Source: an uncultured virus (IMG/VR IMGVR_UViG_3300030329_002238) (Duplodnaviria > Heunggongvirae > Uroviricota > Caudoviricetes). From it: 64,000 nucleotides of DNA. A program made the translations under genes and the position numbers. Positions within the stretch are counted from its first letter, which is position 1; the number at the start of each line of letters is the position of its first letter. The notes under the pieces are model-generated. The model was given only the letters and a program-made list of their open reading frames with translations, had not been told where the DNA came from and ran no database searches. The stretch is taken from the IMG/VR virus record IMGVR_UViG_3300030329_002238, one strand, 5' to 3'. Positions 63,979 to 64,000 of the stretch are shown one piece after another.

Positions 63979-64000
63979 AACAACGCCTCATTCGGACGTT

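Overview
The window is most, probably nearly all, of an AT-rich tailed-phage genome with podovirus-type architecture. No integrase, repressor, CRISPR array, rRNA or recognisable tRNA was seen. The + strand (1-18.9 kb and 62.8-64 kb) carries early and replication genes: a MoxR-type AAA+ ATPase with a metallopeptidase/vWA partner, family A DNA polymerase, a CsrA homologue missed by the ORF track, primase-helicase, PD-(D/E)XK nuclease, SNF2 helicase, a VRR-NUC-like nuclease, DUF3310 and DUF1289. The - strand (19-62.6 kb) carries late genes: terminases, portal, scaffold, major capsid, adaptors, ejection proteins including a 3009-aa polyvalent protein, tail fibres, lysis genes, a cassette of secreted proteins and a peroxiredoxin. 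An iteron-rich putative origin lies at the right end. The most unusual signal is about 1.2 kb of densely structured non-coding sequence in the early region (1633-2210 and 2855-3520). It contains three tandem RNA units with covarying 13-14 bp closing stems, conserved ACGACC and TGA(Y)ACC boxes around variable interiors, and a series of pseudoknot-like folds. All protein calls come from motif recognition by eye; no database searches were run.
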